A stretch of DNA of 59,883 nt, filler included, from Thelocarpon superellum (lineage: Eukaryota): the NCBI GenBank assembly GCA_026025795.1. It is 2 parts of 2 records of this genome, joined end to end, with 100 filler letters (N's around TTAATTAATTAA, not from the genome) between each part and the next. Parts side by side here need not be neighbours in the genome. Positions count along the whole stretch, not along the records: positions 1 to 29,910 come from JAPEUG010000211.1; 1 more part is not named here. One strand, written 5' to 3'. The position numbers and the translations under genes are program-made. The notes beneath the pieces are model-generated. The model worked only from the letters and a program-made list of their open reading frames with translations. It had not been told where the DNA came from and did no database searches. Below, piece by piece: positions 11,074 to 22,484 of this stretch; within the stretch, counting starts at the first letter, position 1, and each line of letters opens with the position of its first letter.

Positions 11074-11775
11074 CTACGCCTGTTGTTCGGATGACAAAGC
11101 CTCGTATGGCATACCGCCGCTGACGTTCTTTTGTCGCGGACCGCCGGCGGCGTCTGATGTGTTCTCTGCCGACGCCCGCTGGAACTTCTGTTCTGCGAGC
11201 CTGCCGGGATCGTTCTCGGAACCAATGTCCGCGTTGAAAGACGCGTTCTTCGAATCGTCGCTGTCAAAGCCACCCTCGGTCAGGTTTGTGCCCTTGACCT
11301 TGAGACTCTTCGCCGGGTTGGTGACATCGAGCGTCACATAGGACGGCGCCAGCGGCACGTGCTTTCCATTGCTCTGGTGCCCATCGCCATATGCCTGGCC
11401 GTCCACTGCTTCCGCGTGCTTAGGCGCGACGTCATCTTGCGGCAACTGCGGCGCCGGCCGCTCGGCCGCGTCGCCGCGCCTCTCGGCGTCTGGTGCGGGT
11501 GGAAGGGCGGTGGCGTTTGAGGTATCCGTATTACTTGCGGTGGACGATTTGCTTGGCACGCCTGAAGGCTCGGCACCGGCGTTCTCGGCGAATCCACCTC
11601 CTGCACGAGTGGATTCGGCGGCCAGAGAGTCCGATGTTAGTTCACCCGGGCCCTCATTGACAGGGTTCTGGCGACGCTCCGGGTCGCTTGTGACCTATCA
11701 GGTGTCAGCATTCCTGACATAATCAGACGATGCCCCGCCTACTTTGGTGCCATGGGTAGGATTTGAGGTCGACAT
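11074..11775 (-). CDS. Conserved fungal hydrophilic hypothetical protein; 2 exons
   Basis: MSTSNPTHGTK|VTSDP...EGPGELTSDSLAAES...KGTNLTEGGFDSDDSKNASFNADIGSENDPGRLAEQKF. Intron GTAGGC...GCTGAC...TAG, phase 0. Confidence 0.75.
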
Positions 11776-12214
11776 GAGGGCGGTTTTATGGTCAGAGTTG
11801 CGGGAATGTGATCTGGCCTGATGATGCACGAGCAATTAGAGGAGCATTTGCTACATTTGGAGCAGCACATGGCATTCTTGTACTTCCCAAGCCCCCATGG
11901 TCGATATGACGTCTGCCCTCGGTTGCGTCCAATGACGTCGACCTCAATGCCGACAGGGTCCATAGCTCCCTGAGTGACGCGATTGATGCGAGGATCAAGC
12001 CAACACGAGTAAGTGGCGTCCAGGCTCGTCGGTTCTACGAGAATTGCCACTGGTTGGGACCCAACGGCTTCCCAGAATTGGTTCGTGATTTCGAGGATTG
12101 CTTTGGCAGGTAATGTTCATACAGTACAGACTCGATAACGGACGCTGGCGTCGGACCGCAGCTTCCATCTAAGCGGCGTTGAAGGCCTTTTACATAGGCT
12201 CTCCGTAATCCGTC

Positions 12215-12538
12215 TCAGACCTTTTTCCGTGCCTCGCGCGTGACGGCGTCGGCGGGTAGGCTGTCAAGATCCTCCTTGCCCTGCCGACCTACGCTCGAAT
12301 CGGGCGCGGTTTCGGTGTGATATTGAGCACCATCGACCCTCGCGCTGCTGTCAGCCGTCGCGGGCTCACGCAGAGCGCTGTCGCCGATGGAGGTGTCACT
12401 CTGCAAGCGGCCGGAGCCGACATTGACCGTGCGTTCATCGAGGGAGTTGAAATCTGCCGCCGCCGGTGGCTGCTCGGGAAGCGGAAGGTTGGCTTGGCGC
12501 TCGGCGATGATGTCGGCTTTGGATCTGGTGTCAGCCAT
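12215..12538 (-). CDS. Small conserved fungal hydrophilic protein (107 aa)
   Basis: ATG-initiated ORF with the motif ERQANLPLPEQPPAAADFNSLDERTVNVGSG; TATAAA upstream. Confidence 0.75.
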   Translation of the reverse strand: MADTRSKADIIAERQANLPLPEQPPAAADFNSLDERTVNVGSGRLQSDTSIGDSALREPATADSSARVDGAQYHTETAPDSSVGRQGKEDLDSLPADAVTREARKKV

Positions 12539-12743
12539 GCTGAAGGTGTCGAAGACGTCGGAGATGGATCCGATTGCCTTAGGTCAGCGGCTTTTGTCGG
12601 CTGATGTTTGTCGCTTGGTCAGGACGGCGCTTGATAGCTGGGGAGCTGGATCACTGTTTAGGTCGTGGGTTCTGATTTGGAAGAGCTCGGGGATACGGGC
12701 AGTGCAAACGCAGCAGTCGCTGGATCTCCGCAGAGCTGGAGCA

Positions 12744-12749
12744 TTTATA
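12744..12749 (-). promoter_or_regulatory. Putative TATA box of the 107-aa gene
   Basis: TATAAA on the minus strand about 205 bp upstream of ATG 12538, in otherwise GC-rich DNA. Confidence 0.4.
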
Positions 12750-13002
12750 CGAGCGTCGTCAGCTCCTCTGCAAGAGCAACGGCGCGGCAAGGAGTATGAC
12801 GTCTGCTGCGGAGCCTAAATTGGCTCGTGCACGTGAGGCTCGAGAACATTCGACCCGCTTCATGAATCTCCACATGGATGGGGAAGCTGACGACTACGTC
12901 GAGGATAAGGCGGCCGTCTCGTCGTGATGGCCTGCCTGCATGCCTTTCTCGACCCTATCCGTAATCGCCCTGATAATGCCAGACAAGCTTTTGGTTCGAC
13001 GT

Positions 13003-13846
13003 TCATATTCTTACGCCCCGTGACTCCCGTTCGACCACCTTCAGCAGGTCCTTGTAGACCTCATCGAACTCCTGCTGCGCCTCATCCGGCTCCGCGCCCG
13101 GCTGTTTCTTGCCGCCTCGCTCCGGGCTGACCATGACGACGCTCGTGGGCCGCTTGGTGCTGCCGGCGGCGCCCAGCTCGGCTCGTGACTTGACGTAGAT
13201 ATAGGGCACGCCGTGGTCCTCGCACAAGACGGGGATGTGAGAGATGACATCCATCGGCGAGATGTCAGCGGCCAATACGGCAATCCCGGGGGCTGTGCCT
13301 CCGTTGGTCGAGGCCATGGTCGATTTGCGTAAGGACTTGACCACCTCCTTGACCCCTCGCTTGAGAGACTTATTTTTCGCCGCTATTGATTCGGTCCGAT
13401 CTAGTCAGCCTGAACGAGATGGGCGAAACGGGGTGAAACGGAGGTGGAAGACGAATCACCATCGGGCGCAGGGTTGGTGGCCACATACCTTTTTTCACAC
13501 TTTTCAGCACCTTCTTCTGCACCTTGTCGTCGGCCAATGGGTTGGCAAAGGGCACCAGGGCCCCGACGGGCACAGGGGTGTGCATGATGAGATCGCCATC
13601 GGCTTCGGCCGCCACGGTCAGGCCCGGTTCCTGCGTTGGGGAGTCGCGGGGCGCGATGGCGACCTGTTGCATAGCCTCCGTGGCGGAATCCCTCTTGCCC
13701 TTTTTGTCCTTTTTGTCCTTTTTGTCCTTCTTGCTCTTGTGCACGCCCTCGGTCTCGGACCGCTTCTCCGTCTTGCCCTTTTCCCGCTTCTCCTTCTTGT
13801 CCTTCTTGTCCTTCTTCTCCTTGGTGACGGCCGCCTCTTTGGCCAT
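13003..13846 (-). CDS. NHP2: H/ACA snoRNP subunit Nhp2 (L7Ae family) with a Lys-rich N-terminal extension; 2 exons
   Basis: LVPFANPLADDKVQKKVLKSVKK | KRGVKEVVKSLRK...AADISPMDVISHIPVLCEDHGVPYIYVKSRAELGAAGSTKRPTS. Confidence 0.93.
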
Positions 13847-14685
13847 TTCGCTTGGTCGCGCGGCTAGCCAGGGATGGGAGGGGGTGAGGGGTGGGTGGAG
13901 CAGGAAGGGAAGTGCAGCTGTTCTTGCGCTGCGCTCCGGAGCGCTGGTGGAGATGGTGTGAGGGACGATAAATTATTGCGCTCGGTTAGCGACTGACCAG
14001 TGAGCTTGGTGGGCATAGCTGACGGGCACGAAGGCCGGTCGTCGCTAACCGTACTTTACTCATACTCGTCGGGCTCGCAGCAGCACTCGCACGGTAGGCA
14101 ACGGGGTACGAGGTTGAGTAAGGGCCTGAAGCGGATGGACAGGCTTGAACCTGCGAAGCGAGCGCGGCGGAGCAATGCAAAAATTTGGTGCGACTCGGTT
14201 GGTCGGGACCTGAAGCTAGGGACGCGTTTCTGCGGCCGGTCGGCGGGCCAATCACGGGCGCGTAGCGCCGGCTCCCTATACTCATCCGACGTTCGGGGGC
14301 TCAGTGCGCTGGACGGAGCGAGTAGTCGGTCGCAGGGCTCCCCTGATCGAGCACGACCGCCGCCTGCAATCTCATGATCCTTCCATGATCTTTCGATCCT
14401 TCAGAGCGCCGCGGTCGATATCCGCGGTCATGAACATATAAGGCGACGCAGCGGCCTGGTCACCACTCCTTCTGCGTCGTCCCCCTAATCCTCCTGCTCA
14501 CGTCGTGGGAGTTTTGGAGATTCCTTGGCCTCATCACCCTTCGAGACCCTTTCGTCTCACGTGGCTCTCCATTGTCGACCACAGTCTCGGCATCCGCCCC
14601 CTTCGCGCCCTTTCTACCTCACCCTCCTGGGCCTTCATCCGCCTTCTTCTCTTCTCTCCGTCACCTCCTCGCTCCGTCCGTCATC

Positions 14686-15390
14686 ATGAGGCTCTCGGCA
14701 GCCTCAATCTTGCTCCTGGCTCCCCTCATCCGCGCCCAAGTGGCCGGCCAGCCCCAGCCAGCGGGCGCCGTTCCCGCCAGCCCTGCCGTGCCCGCCAACG
14801 CCAATCCCGCCGCGGTACCGGCAAACTCGGTGGTGAACACGCCCGGTCCTGCGGCCACGGCCAACGCGGCGGCGGCAGCGAACAACGCGGCGGCGGCCCA
14901 GCAAGCGCAACAAAACGCGGCCAACGCGAACGCGGCTGCAAACAACGCGGCGGCGGCCAACGCGGCCGCTGCGAACCAGCAGAATGCGAACAACGCGGCT
15001 AATCCTGTGTAAGGCTCCTCTCCGAACCTCCCGGACATTGCCCATACTGATGATGATGGCTACAGACCGGGTGTTGGCGGTGGGGCTCCTGCCCCGACAA
15101 CGACGCAGCTGGGCCAAGTGCCGTCGGTGACGAACGTCGTGGTCCCCGTGACGGGAGCCGACGGACAAATCAGCAACGCGCAGGTCATGTACACGCAAAA
15201 CTTCCCGGCGGTACCGTCGCAGTTCTCCACGGCCTCGTCCGGCACCATCGGCATGGGCAGCCTGACGGGCACGGTGGGCTCGGTACGGACGACGTCGGGT
15301 CGGAGCACGGGCGAGCGTGTGGAGATGGACTCGCTCCTGGGCTCGATGGCGATTGGATTCCTCTCCTTCATCTTCGCCGCCTTCATCTGA
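14686..15390 (+). CDS. Secreted, probably GPI-anchored KRE1-like cell-wall protein; 2 exons (14686-15008, 15066-15390)
   Basis: Signal peptide MRLSAASILLLAPLIRA, Ala/Asn-rich repeats, Kre1-type motif YTQNFPAVPSQFSTASSGTIGMGSLTGTVG, hydrophobic C-terminal tail. Confidence 0.8.
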
Positions 15391-16539
15391 GCGCATCTAC
15401 GACCCACGCCGTTGCTTTGATCTTATGTGTTTCTAGACGCCCGCTGACGAACATACACCATCGTTTCGTTGCGGGACGATGGCGGGAGAAGGAGGTGGCG
15501 TTTCCGGCGATGTGTCCTTCATTCTTCATGCATATGGTTCTTCTTTTATCTTCTGCCAAGTGCCGAGGGCCATTCCACCTTATCTTCAGCGACGATGGAA
15601 GACGACGAGGGTGATTTGACCGTGAATGAGCATCACCAGCCCATGACCAGCATCACCACCTCCACCATCACCACCACCACCACCACTACCATATTAGGAT
15701 TACCGTCATTAGATGAGGTTTTAATAATGTTCGAATTCGGATACAATCAAAGTCGTCGCCCGCACGCATCCCACCGCCTCGCATCCCATCGCATCGCCGA
15801 TGACGTGCAGGCGGACGGAGACGCACCGGGAAAGCAAGGCGAAACCTTAGACGGCTGTCCTTGTATGCGTTCGTCTGTTCGTTCGTTCGTTTGTCAGAGG
15901 CCGAGAACCTGCCCTGCTCTCACTCGTACTCAGTCGTACCTGAGGGTAGCAACTCCCTGCAAGCGTGCCTGGCTCGGGAAGGGAGGAACGAGGCTTATCA
16001 GACGCGATGGACGCGTAAGATTTCCGGTCGTGTATGTGTCAATGCATGCACTTTACGCGTGTGGAAGTAGTCGCCGCCGTCCGGTTCGCGGAAGACTTGA
16101 GTTTCCCTCTGAAGAGTGGGTCGGGTCTGTGCGCTTCATGCATGAAACGTATGATGAACTCGGCCACTCCCAACTACTGAGCTAGTAGCAGCTAAGTTGT
16201 GCGTGGGGCGTACGTGTGATCCCGTCAGCCTCGGACTTTTGTCTGCGTGAGAGGAAAAGTTGGGTGGGGGACCCTGCATTCATGCACACGAATCCTCTTC
16301 CCGGAATAGGTAGAACGGAGGGGATGCCCCATGAGAGACGAGAGCGTCGTCGGCATGAGGATTGTTTCGGCGGAAATTATTGAGAGGAAGCCCCCCCTTC
16401 CGACTAGATGGGATGGGATTCGATTTGCCCGCCACACGCCTGTAGGTACTGCCTCTGTGAGCTTCTCCTGAGTGAGGGTGCGCCCACATTTGGTGACCCA
16501 GTCTATGACACGCGCACCCCGCCGCACCGGCGGCCTCTG

Positions 16540-18672
16540 CTATCTATGGAGAGATGAAGGGCGTCGGTATACCAGGCGCGGGCGGGCGTGGTCCCCGTCG
16601 CCGTCGTTGGTAAAGGTGGCGCCATCGCGCGCCATCTGCTTCCACTTCTGGCCCGCTGCCCACCACACCAAATCTCCCGCCGCCCGCGCATCTTCCTTGG
16701 AATCATGCCCTCGGCTCTGTACGGACCGTGCCGCCGCCGCCGCCTCCGTGTCGGCCTCATCTCCTGCCTGGTCCACTCCCATTCCCGCTAAACTTGCCCC
16801 TGTGCCATTAGGCCCGGGGCCACTGCGTTTGGTACTCCGGCTCGTGCTCGTGGCCGGACCGTCCATCTGAATGTCTCTGTCGAGGTGCTTGCTGACGAGG
16901 TATTTGAGCCCGTGACGGAACGGTAGGCCACGAGAATGACGGAAGACGGGGAGGAGCGCGGTGTCGACGACGGTCGGGTGGATGATCCGCACCGCGTTCA
17001 GGTCGTTCTCCAGCCCGTGCCCGATGATCGGCGTCGTAGGGCTGAGGCGTGAGAAGAGTAACGCTCGAGCCGCCGCAGGTGATGCGACGATGCGCATCTC
17101 CGAGTCCATCGTGTCGTTCGTCGCGTGGCTGGGCGCGCCCGTTCGCGTCTCCTCGTACGCTTTCGCGTTCGCGAGCTGCTCTGCCCGTATCCCGGAGAAG
17201 CGCGTATTGAGGTCTAGTACCTCCCCCATCGGCCGCACCAAGACGTCAAGCACCTCTTCGCCACCAGGCCAGGCCGTCGCTGTCATCCGCGCCACTTCCA
17301 GCCCGTACACGGTGTAGCACATCTCGCAGTCCAGGCACAGCGGCTGGTCCGAGCCCTCCGCGGCGTTGTCCGGCGTCGCTTCAAATTGGAGAATCGATGC
17401 CAGTCGCTTCACGTCGGTGAACTTGACCACATGGCTCTCTCCTTTGGTGCAGCCGACGGAGGATCCAATTGGCTGGTTGCAACAGGTGTATCGCTTCTCC
17501 ACGTGCCCCTTAACGTGATCGTTCGGGCTCTTCGAAGGTGCGACCGGTTTTCCGTAGTGATAGTTGCATGGCCCCCCGGTCGTCAACGCTCCATCTTCTT
17601 CCCGTCTTCCAGGGAAGATCTGGAACCGCGTCTTGCACCGGTCACATTCTTCGTAGCCCCCCGCCATTTTCACCGCGCCTTTCACCTTGTCGACTTCGGT
17701 CTGAGAGGGTATTGTTGTGACAAAACCGTACTTCTTGAGGTCCTCGAAGGGGGTGACAAGCTGTGGAAGCACGGCCATTCCTTCTTGTGGACGCAGGCCG
17801 GTTTCGATTGGAGCCGACTCTGTCGCCGCGGCTCGACGGGTTGATCCAGCCGCGGCGTCCCGGAGCTCCATCTCCAAGAATCTCTTCCAGTTTATGGGGG
17901 CCATCTTCTTGAAGGACGTGATTCGATGCTTGATCACATTCGAATATACCAATGGTTCCTCCCGCGCCACCTTTTCTTCCTCGTCCAAAGCGAGCTTGAT
18001 CATGTCTTGCTCGGAGAGCCCCTTGGTCTTGGCTTCTAGGTCGGACGACTGGGAACCCACCTGGTTGAGTCGAACTAGCTCCGCATGCAGCTTGGTGAGC
18101 ACCGTGAGCCTGAAGGCGTGCGATGCGGGCGGTCGGGGAAGGAGGCGCGGGTTGAGAAATTCCCTCGGCTGAGACTTAATGGGCTTCTTATCTGTCTGGG
18201 GAGTGGTGTTCCTGGTCGCTGACTGGCCCGAGATGGCTTGCGTGGCTGCCACATCTGGTACCTTTCGCACACGTGTCGGTGGGGGCGAGACTGGTCTCCA
18301 AAGCGTTGAGGGTGACGCCGCATGTCTATTCTGAGTCGGGGCATGTTTCAACGCAGTCTTGGATGGGGGTGGCCGGGACGCCGCGCTTGCACTTGAGCTC
18401 TCTCCAACATTCTTCACGGCCTGAGACGGAGCATGTCTTTGGAACTTGGCGCCGACTGCTGGGTCTTCAATCCTTTGTCGTTTCCGGGGCTTCTCCTCGT
18501 CTCCAGCAGAACGCTGCTCAGGGACGACGCCGCAGGGTCGATCCCTGTCGCTGCGCTGGGAGGGTCTCGCATTCTCGGATGTTTCAGCGTGGGAGAACAT
18601 ACAGAAGGGCATCCGGCAATGTGCATGGTCCGGGCAGGGGACGTCTGAAAAGAGCTTGAGTGTTGTGAACAT
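16540..18672 (-). CDS. REX3: RNA exonuclease 3 (DEDDh, Rex3-like)
   Basis: N-terminal CP...C..PFCMFSH; CDRCKTRF...CNYHYGK...YTCC zinc region; LCLDCEMCYT, IIGHGLENDL, GHDSKEDA exonuclease motifs. Confidence 0.92.
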   Translation of the reverse strand: MFTTLKLFSDVPCPDHAHCRMPFCMFSHAETSENARPSQRSDRDRPCGVVPEQRSAGDEEKPRKRQRIEDPAVGAKFQRHAPSQAVKNVGESSSASAASRPPPSKTALKHAPTQNRHAASPSTLWRPVSPPPTRVRKVPDVAATQAISGQSATRNTTPQTDKKPIKSQPREFLNPRLLPRPPASHAFRLTVLTKLHAELVRLNQVGSQSSDLEAKTKGLSEQDMIKLALDEEEKVAREEPLVYSNVIKHRITSFKKMAPINWKRFLEMELRDAAAGSTRRAAATESAPIETGLRPQEGMAVLPQLVTPFEDLKKYGFVTTIPSQTEVDKVKGAVKMAGGYEECDRCKTRFQIFPGRREEDGALTTGGPCNYHYGKPVAPSKSPNDHVKGHVEKRYTCCNQPIGSSVGCTKGESHVVKFTDVKRLASILQFEATPDNAAEGSDQPLCLDCEMCYTVYGLEVARMTATAWPGGEEVLDVLVRPMGEVLDLNTRFSGIRAEQLANAKAYEETRTGAPSHATNDTMDSEMRIVASPAAARALLFSRLSPTTPIIGHGLENDLNAVRIIHPTVVDTALLPVFRHSRGLPFRHGLKYLVSKHLDRDIQMDGPATSTSRSTKRSGPGPNGTGASLAGMGVDQAGDEADTEAAAAARSVQSRGHDSKEDARAAGDLVWWAAGQKWKQMARDGATFTNDGDGDHARPRLVYRRPSSLHR

Positions 18673-19078
18673 GATGTGCGATGATTTCTAGATGAAAATC
18701 GGAGGAGAAAGGAAAGGGATCGGCCGTTTGCCGAACGAGATACTGAATAATCAAATTTGCGTGACCAGCCACGAGCGTCAATCAACTCGGTATTGCCGTG
18801 GGGAAGGCATGTCTCCAGGAGCTGAACCACTCTTTCGTCCCAAGGAGAGCGGGCTGTGAGCGAAAAGACAGTCGGGATAATCTTAGCTGCTTCCAAGTTT
18901 GTGTCATTAGCGGATCAACGGACGACGAGAGGAACTCAGCTGGGGAAGCGGTTGAGGTGTCAACTCCACTGGTCGCTTACCCTAAGTGTTACGCATTGGG
19001 GGATACGGCGTCGATAGTATTAACTGAAGACTAATTACTATAACTCTGCTTGGGTCTCCCTGTACTAATATGTGGGGA

Positions 19079-19278
19079 TGTAGGAATCAGAGACGTATTG
19101 CAATTTTACGCGTAGCTGAGATAGTTTATGAAGATGCATGTGACTAAGTCACGTGCGCGCCCCTACAGCGACCTCTAAAATATACGGGTGTAGGAGCGCG
19201 CACGTGCCCTGATCACGTGCCCACTCAAATTACTATCCCGACTATGCGTAGATTAGCAATTCAGCTCTGATTCCTACA
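19079..19278. mobile_element. Foldback/MITE-like element: ~89-bp inverted arms (19079-19167 and 19189-19278) with a 21-bp loop
   Basis: The left arm TGTAGGAATCAGAG...CACGTGCGCGCCCCTACA aligns along its length to the reverse complement of the right arm TGTAGGAGCGCGCACGTG...CTCTGATTCCTACA. The inverted repeat is directly visible; mobility is inferred. Confidence 0.55.
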
Positions 19279-19470
19279 CGGGGACCTCTAAAGCAGCATT
19301 TCCCATTCTGCCCTTTGCAACCAGCTGCTGTAAACACAGATTATGTCATCCTCCAACATACTGGGTGTCCAGACCCTGTCAGGTGCGATAAGTCTGCACT
19401 AGGCGTGCAGTCAAAGCACTTGCATTGGAGGAGTTGTGTGAAACATAGACATCTATTCCACTTCTCCTGT

Positions 19471-20270
19471 TCACGGCCTCTCCATGACTGCCACAACTTC
19501 CCTCCGCTTCTCTGGCCATTCATCACAATAGTGCGCAAAGACAGCAGAATCCCTGGACGGGCCCAACTTGCGCCCCATCACATCTGGCAAGCGCGATGTG
19601 TCAAATCCATTGCCAATCTTGTTTGTCGGCACTACGCGTTGAAAGCGCTGAACGCCTTCGAATGTGAACCGCATCCTGGCCGCCACGCGCCTCGACGGCT
19701 CGTTGTCGGCATGTGTCTGCCACTGGCAACGTCGCAGGCCGAGACCATCGGGCGGTAAGTCAAGCGTGTACAGAAGCAAGAGGCCGACGGCGTTGCTGGT
19801 AACGAACGTATGTTGGAATGCCGGCAGGATCGTGATCTGAAGTTTTGGTTAGCTATGTTAGGGCCTCGAGGAGGCTCCGGAGGGAAACATACAAAGCCTA
19901 TTTCTATGGAAGCATTCATGGGGCTGGCGTTCTGCAAGGCGATCACGCCAGCAAATACCCCTTGCTCACCGGGTGTACTGGACTTTGTCAGGATCGCAAA
20001 ACACGTCTCTGTATCACTAGACCCAATTCTAGATTTATAGAAGGCTGCGAATTCCGTTATCGTTGAGAAAGGCCCATGAGTTAGGTAGGCGAAGAGCTCT
20101 GAGTTGTCCTTGGAACCTTGAACGAAAAGCTCGGCGTGAGTTGAAGTCTCGAAGGGCTCGAGGACCAGGCGGGAGTTTTCCAGACGCTTGACAGGGAAGC
20201 AGAAGGTGGCTTCGGAAGTTGACGTGTCGTCGATTGGTATTAGAGACTTTGCTGCAGTGGGGGAAGTCAT
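19471..20270 (-). CDS. GNAT acetyltransferase (RimL/Acetyltransf_3 type); 2 exons
   Basis: RLENSRLVLEPF...ELFAYLTHGPF...SIEIGF | ITILPAFQHTFVTSNAVGLLL...LGLRRCQWQTHADNEPSRRVAARMRFTFEGVQR...RDSAVF. Intron GTATGT...GCTAAC...CAG. Confidence 0.9.
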
Positions 20271-21059
20271 GACACGAGGGTCGTCAGTGCAGCTCAGTCT
20301 TACTAGGCTGACTTCGACCTAAAGAACTTATGTTTTGCGGAGGTCAGTATGTCAGGATCCTGGTATACGCTGTTTTGTCGTCCGAATCTCACAACCTGTA
20401 GTCGTGATCCCCATCGGCATAAGGGCTCACCCTCTCGCCGCTTTTCTCACCTTCGCTTCACCCCGACTCACCCTGACTCACTTTCACCTCACCCACTGCT
20501 GTCTCTACTCCTACAGCCTCAACCTCGCCACAACAACTATTGCCGATCACCTACTGAGATGGCTCTCGTTGGATCGCCCTCTCACCAGAATAGGCTCACA
20601 CCCCCCAATGTCAAGCAGCGCAGCGGGTCCGCCTAGCGTACATGGTCAATGGCATTCGCACTTTTCATCCTACATGTTCTTCCTTCCCTGTCGTTCTCCT
20701 TCTTCTCTCTGTTCATCCCTCCATGCTGAGTCGGTTGTCTTTTCTTCAATCGGAACTTCTCTCTTTGACAACATCATTCTCTGTCGTGCTGGTGGTCGCA
20801 GGGTAGGAGCTGCAGGCTCAAGAAGTCTCCAGACATTTGTGTATAGTAGAGTCGTCGTTGGTTTCTGCCCAGTCCAGACAGGGGCAGAGGCTCCCCATGT
20901 ACTACCAGGTTACAGAAGCAGCAGGCAGAGCCTGCACTAGGCCTGCTTCGCACCGGATGAGGCTAGGCCGTACATGATCAGCCAGGCTTGTCCACCCTCC
21001 CACATATGCACTGGCCTCAAGGATGATGGGATGTCTCGGGCTTTCATGATATACAACCT

Positions 21060-21083
21060 AGGCTTGTTGCATGCAACAAGCCT
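21060..21083. repeat. Perfect 24-bp palindrome AGGCTTGTTGCATGCAACAAGCCT
   Basis: The sequence equals its own reverse complement; it lies about 165 bp downstream of the PHB1 stop. Confidence 0.9.
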
Positions 21084-21246
21084 GTCCCCAGAAAGAGGGT
21101 ACGACGTGATACTTGGTCGTGTAACGAACAGGAGTCTTCCTGACGAACCGTCGCGTCCAGAAGTGGTTCTAGTGAGATGAAGAGGAGTTCATAGCTATGC
21201 TTCAGTATGTTACAAGGTCGAGATCCACCATGCATGTTCGTAACTC

Positions 21247-22133
21247 TCATCGACCCAGTCCTAGGAGCACGCTCGTGCCTTTTCCACCGTCCTTGCCACC
21301 ATCACCCCCGCCCGGGAGGTAAGTGACGTTGGGATTGTTGGCCAGCGTCTGCGCAATCTCCTTGCTGGCCTCTATCCGTCGAATCATGATCAGACCATCG
21401 CCCGCACGTGCCACTGCCCGGCTGATGGTTTCTGCACTGTCGGCTTCGCCCTCGGCACGGATGACGTTGGCTTGTCGTTCTTGCTCCGCCTTCTCCACGA
21501 TGAACCGCGCGCGTTCGGCGTCCTGCTGTGCAATCTGCTTCTGCTCGACGGCCTTGGTGAATTCCTTGCCGAAGACCATGTGCGTGATGGAGACGTCCTC
21601 CAGGGCGATGTTGAACTCCTGCGCGCGCTTGAGGAGCTCGCTCCGGATCCGATTCGAGACGGACTCGCGCTGCGTGATAAGCTCGGCAGCATCGAACTGA
21701 GCCACGATAGCCTTGAGGACTTCGTTGCCAATGGAAGGAAGGACCCGCTCGTCGTAGTCTTGACCTAAGGACTGATCATCGCACGTTATTAGCGTCGTGT
21801 TGCTCACGGGACCAAGGGTCGTACCTGGTAGATCTTGGGCAGCATCTTCACGTCGGGCCGGTGCAAGACTCGTAGCGTCAAGGAGACCATCTGCAGATCC
21901 TTGCTGCCCGTAGTGGTCGAGATGTTGCGGGGCTTCGTTCGAACATCGTAGATGACGGCCTTTTGCAGCCAGGGAATCAGGAAATGGGTCCCTTCGTTGA
22001 CCACCTCCTCCTTCACTCCCGACAATCGGTCGAAGATGACGGCGCGAGAGCCACCCTGCACATCATAAAGGGACGCTTGGGCGAAGGAGACGCCAAGAGC
22101 GAGCGGCAACAAGAGTCGGAGATTGTAGGCCAT
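21247..22133 (-). CDS. PHB1: Prohibitin 1; 2 exons
   Basis: [36 protein letters not shown]...[19 protein letters not shown] | [20 protein letters not shown]...[18 protein letters not shown]. Confidence 0.96.
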
Positions 22134-22484
22134 GATGGCATGGGTCGCTCAAACGATCTGGGTGCAAAGAATGAATGAACACTGAACTGAATGACGTCTC
22201 GCGGTGGTCAGGTCAATGTCTGTTCCATTGCAGTGACGACTCGTCCGTGCCCGTTGAACCAGCTCGACCTCGTAGTCATGACATTTTCCTGCCAGCAAGC
22301 TAGGCCGAGCTAGGCCGTGCTGAGTAAGGCACCTTGGCATCGGTATCCGTCCTCAACTTCTGTTCCCATCATCGACCCTTTCGACATCTTCAAGTCCGTT
22401 CCGCGCATTGATTTCCATCTGAGCGCTGCACCATCGGCGCACACTGTTGAGTCTCCCTCGCTCTCCGCACTCTTCTCCTTCACA

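Noticed and set aside
15469..16185. 238-aa ORF with poly-Thr
   Set aside because: It looks like 3' UTR or intergenic sequence with a CAC microsatellite; there are no recognisable motifs.
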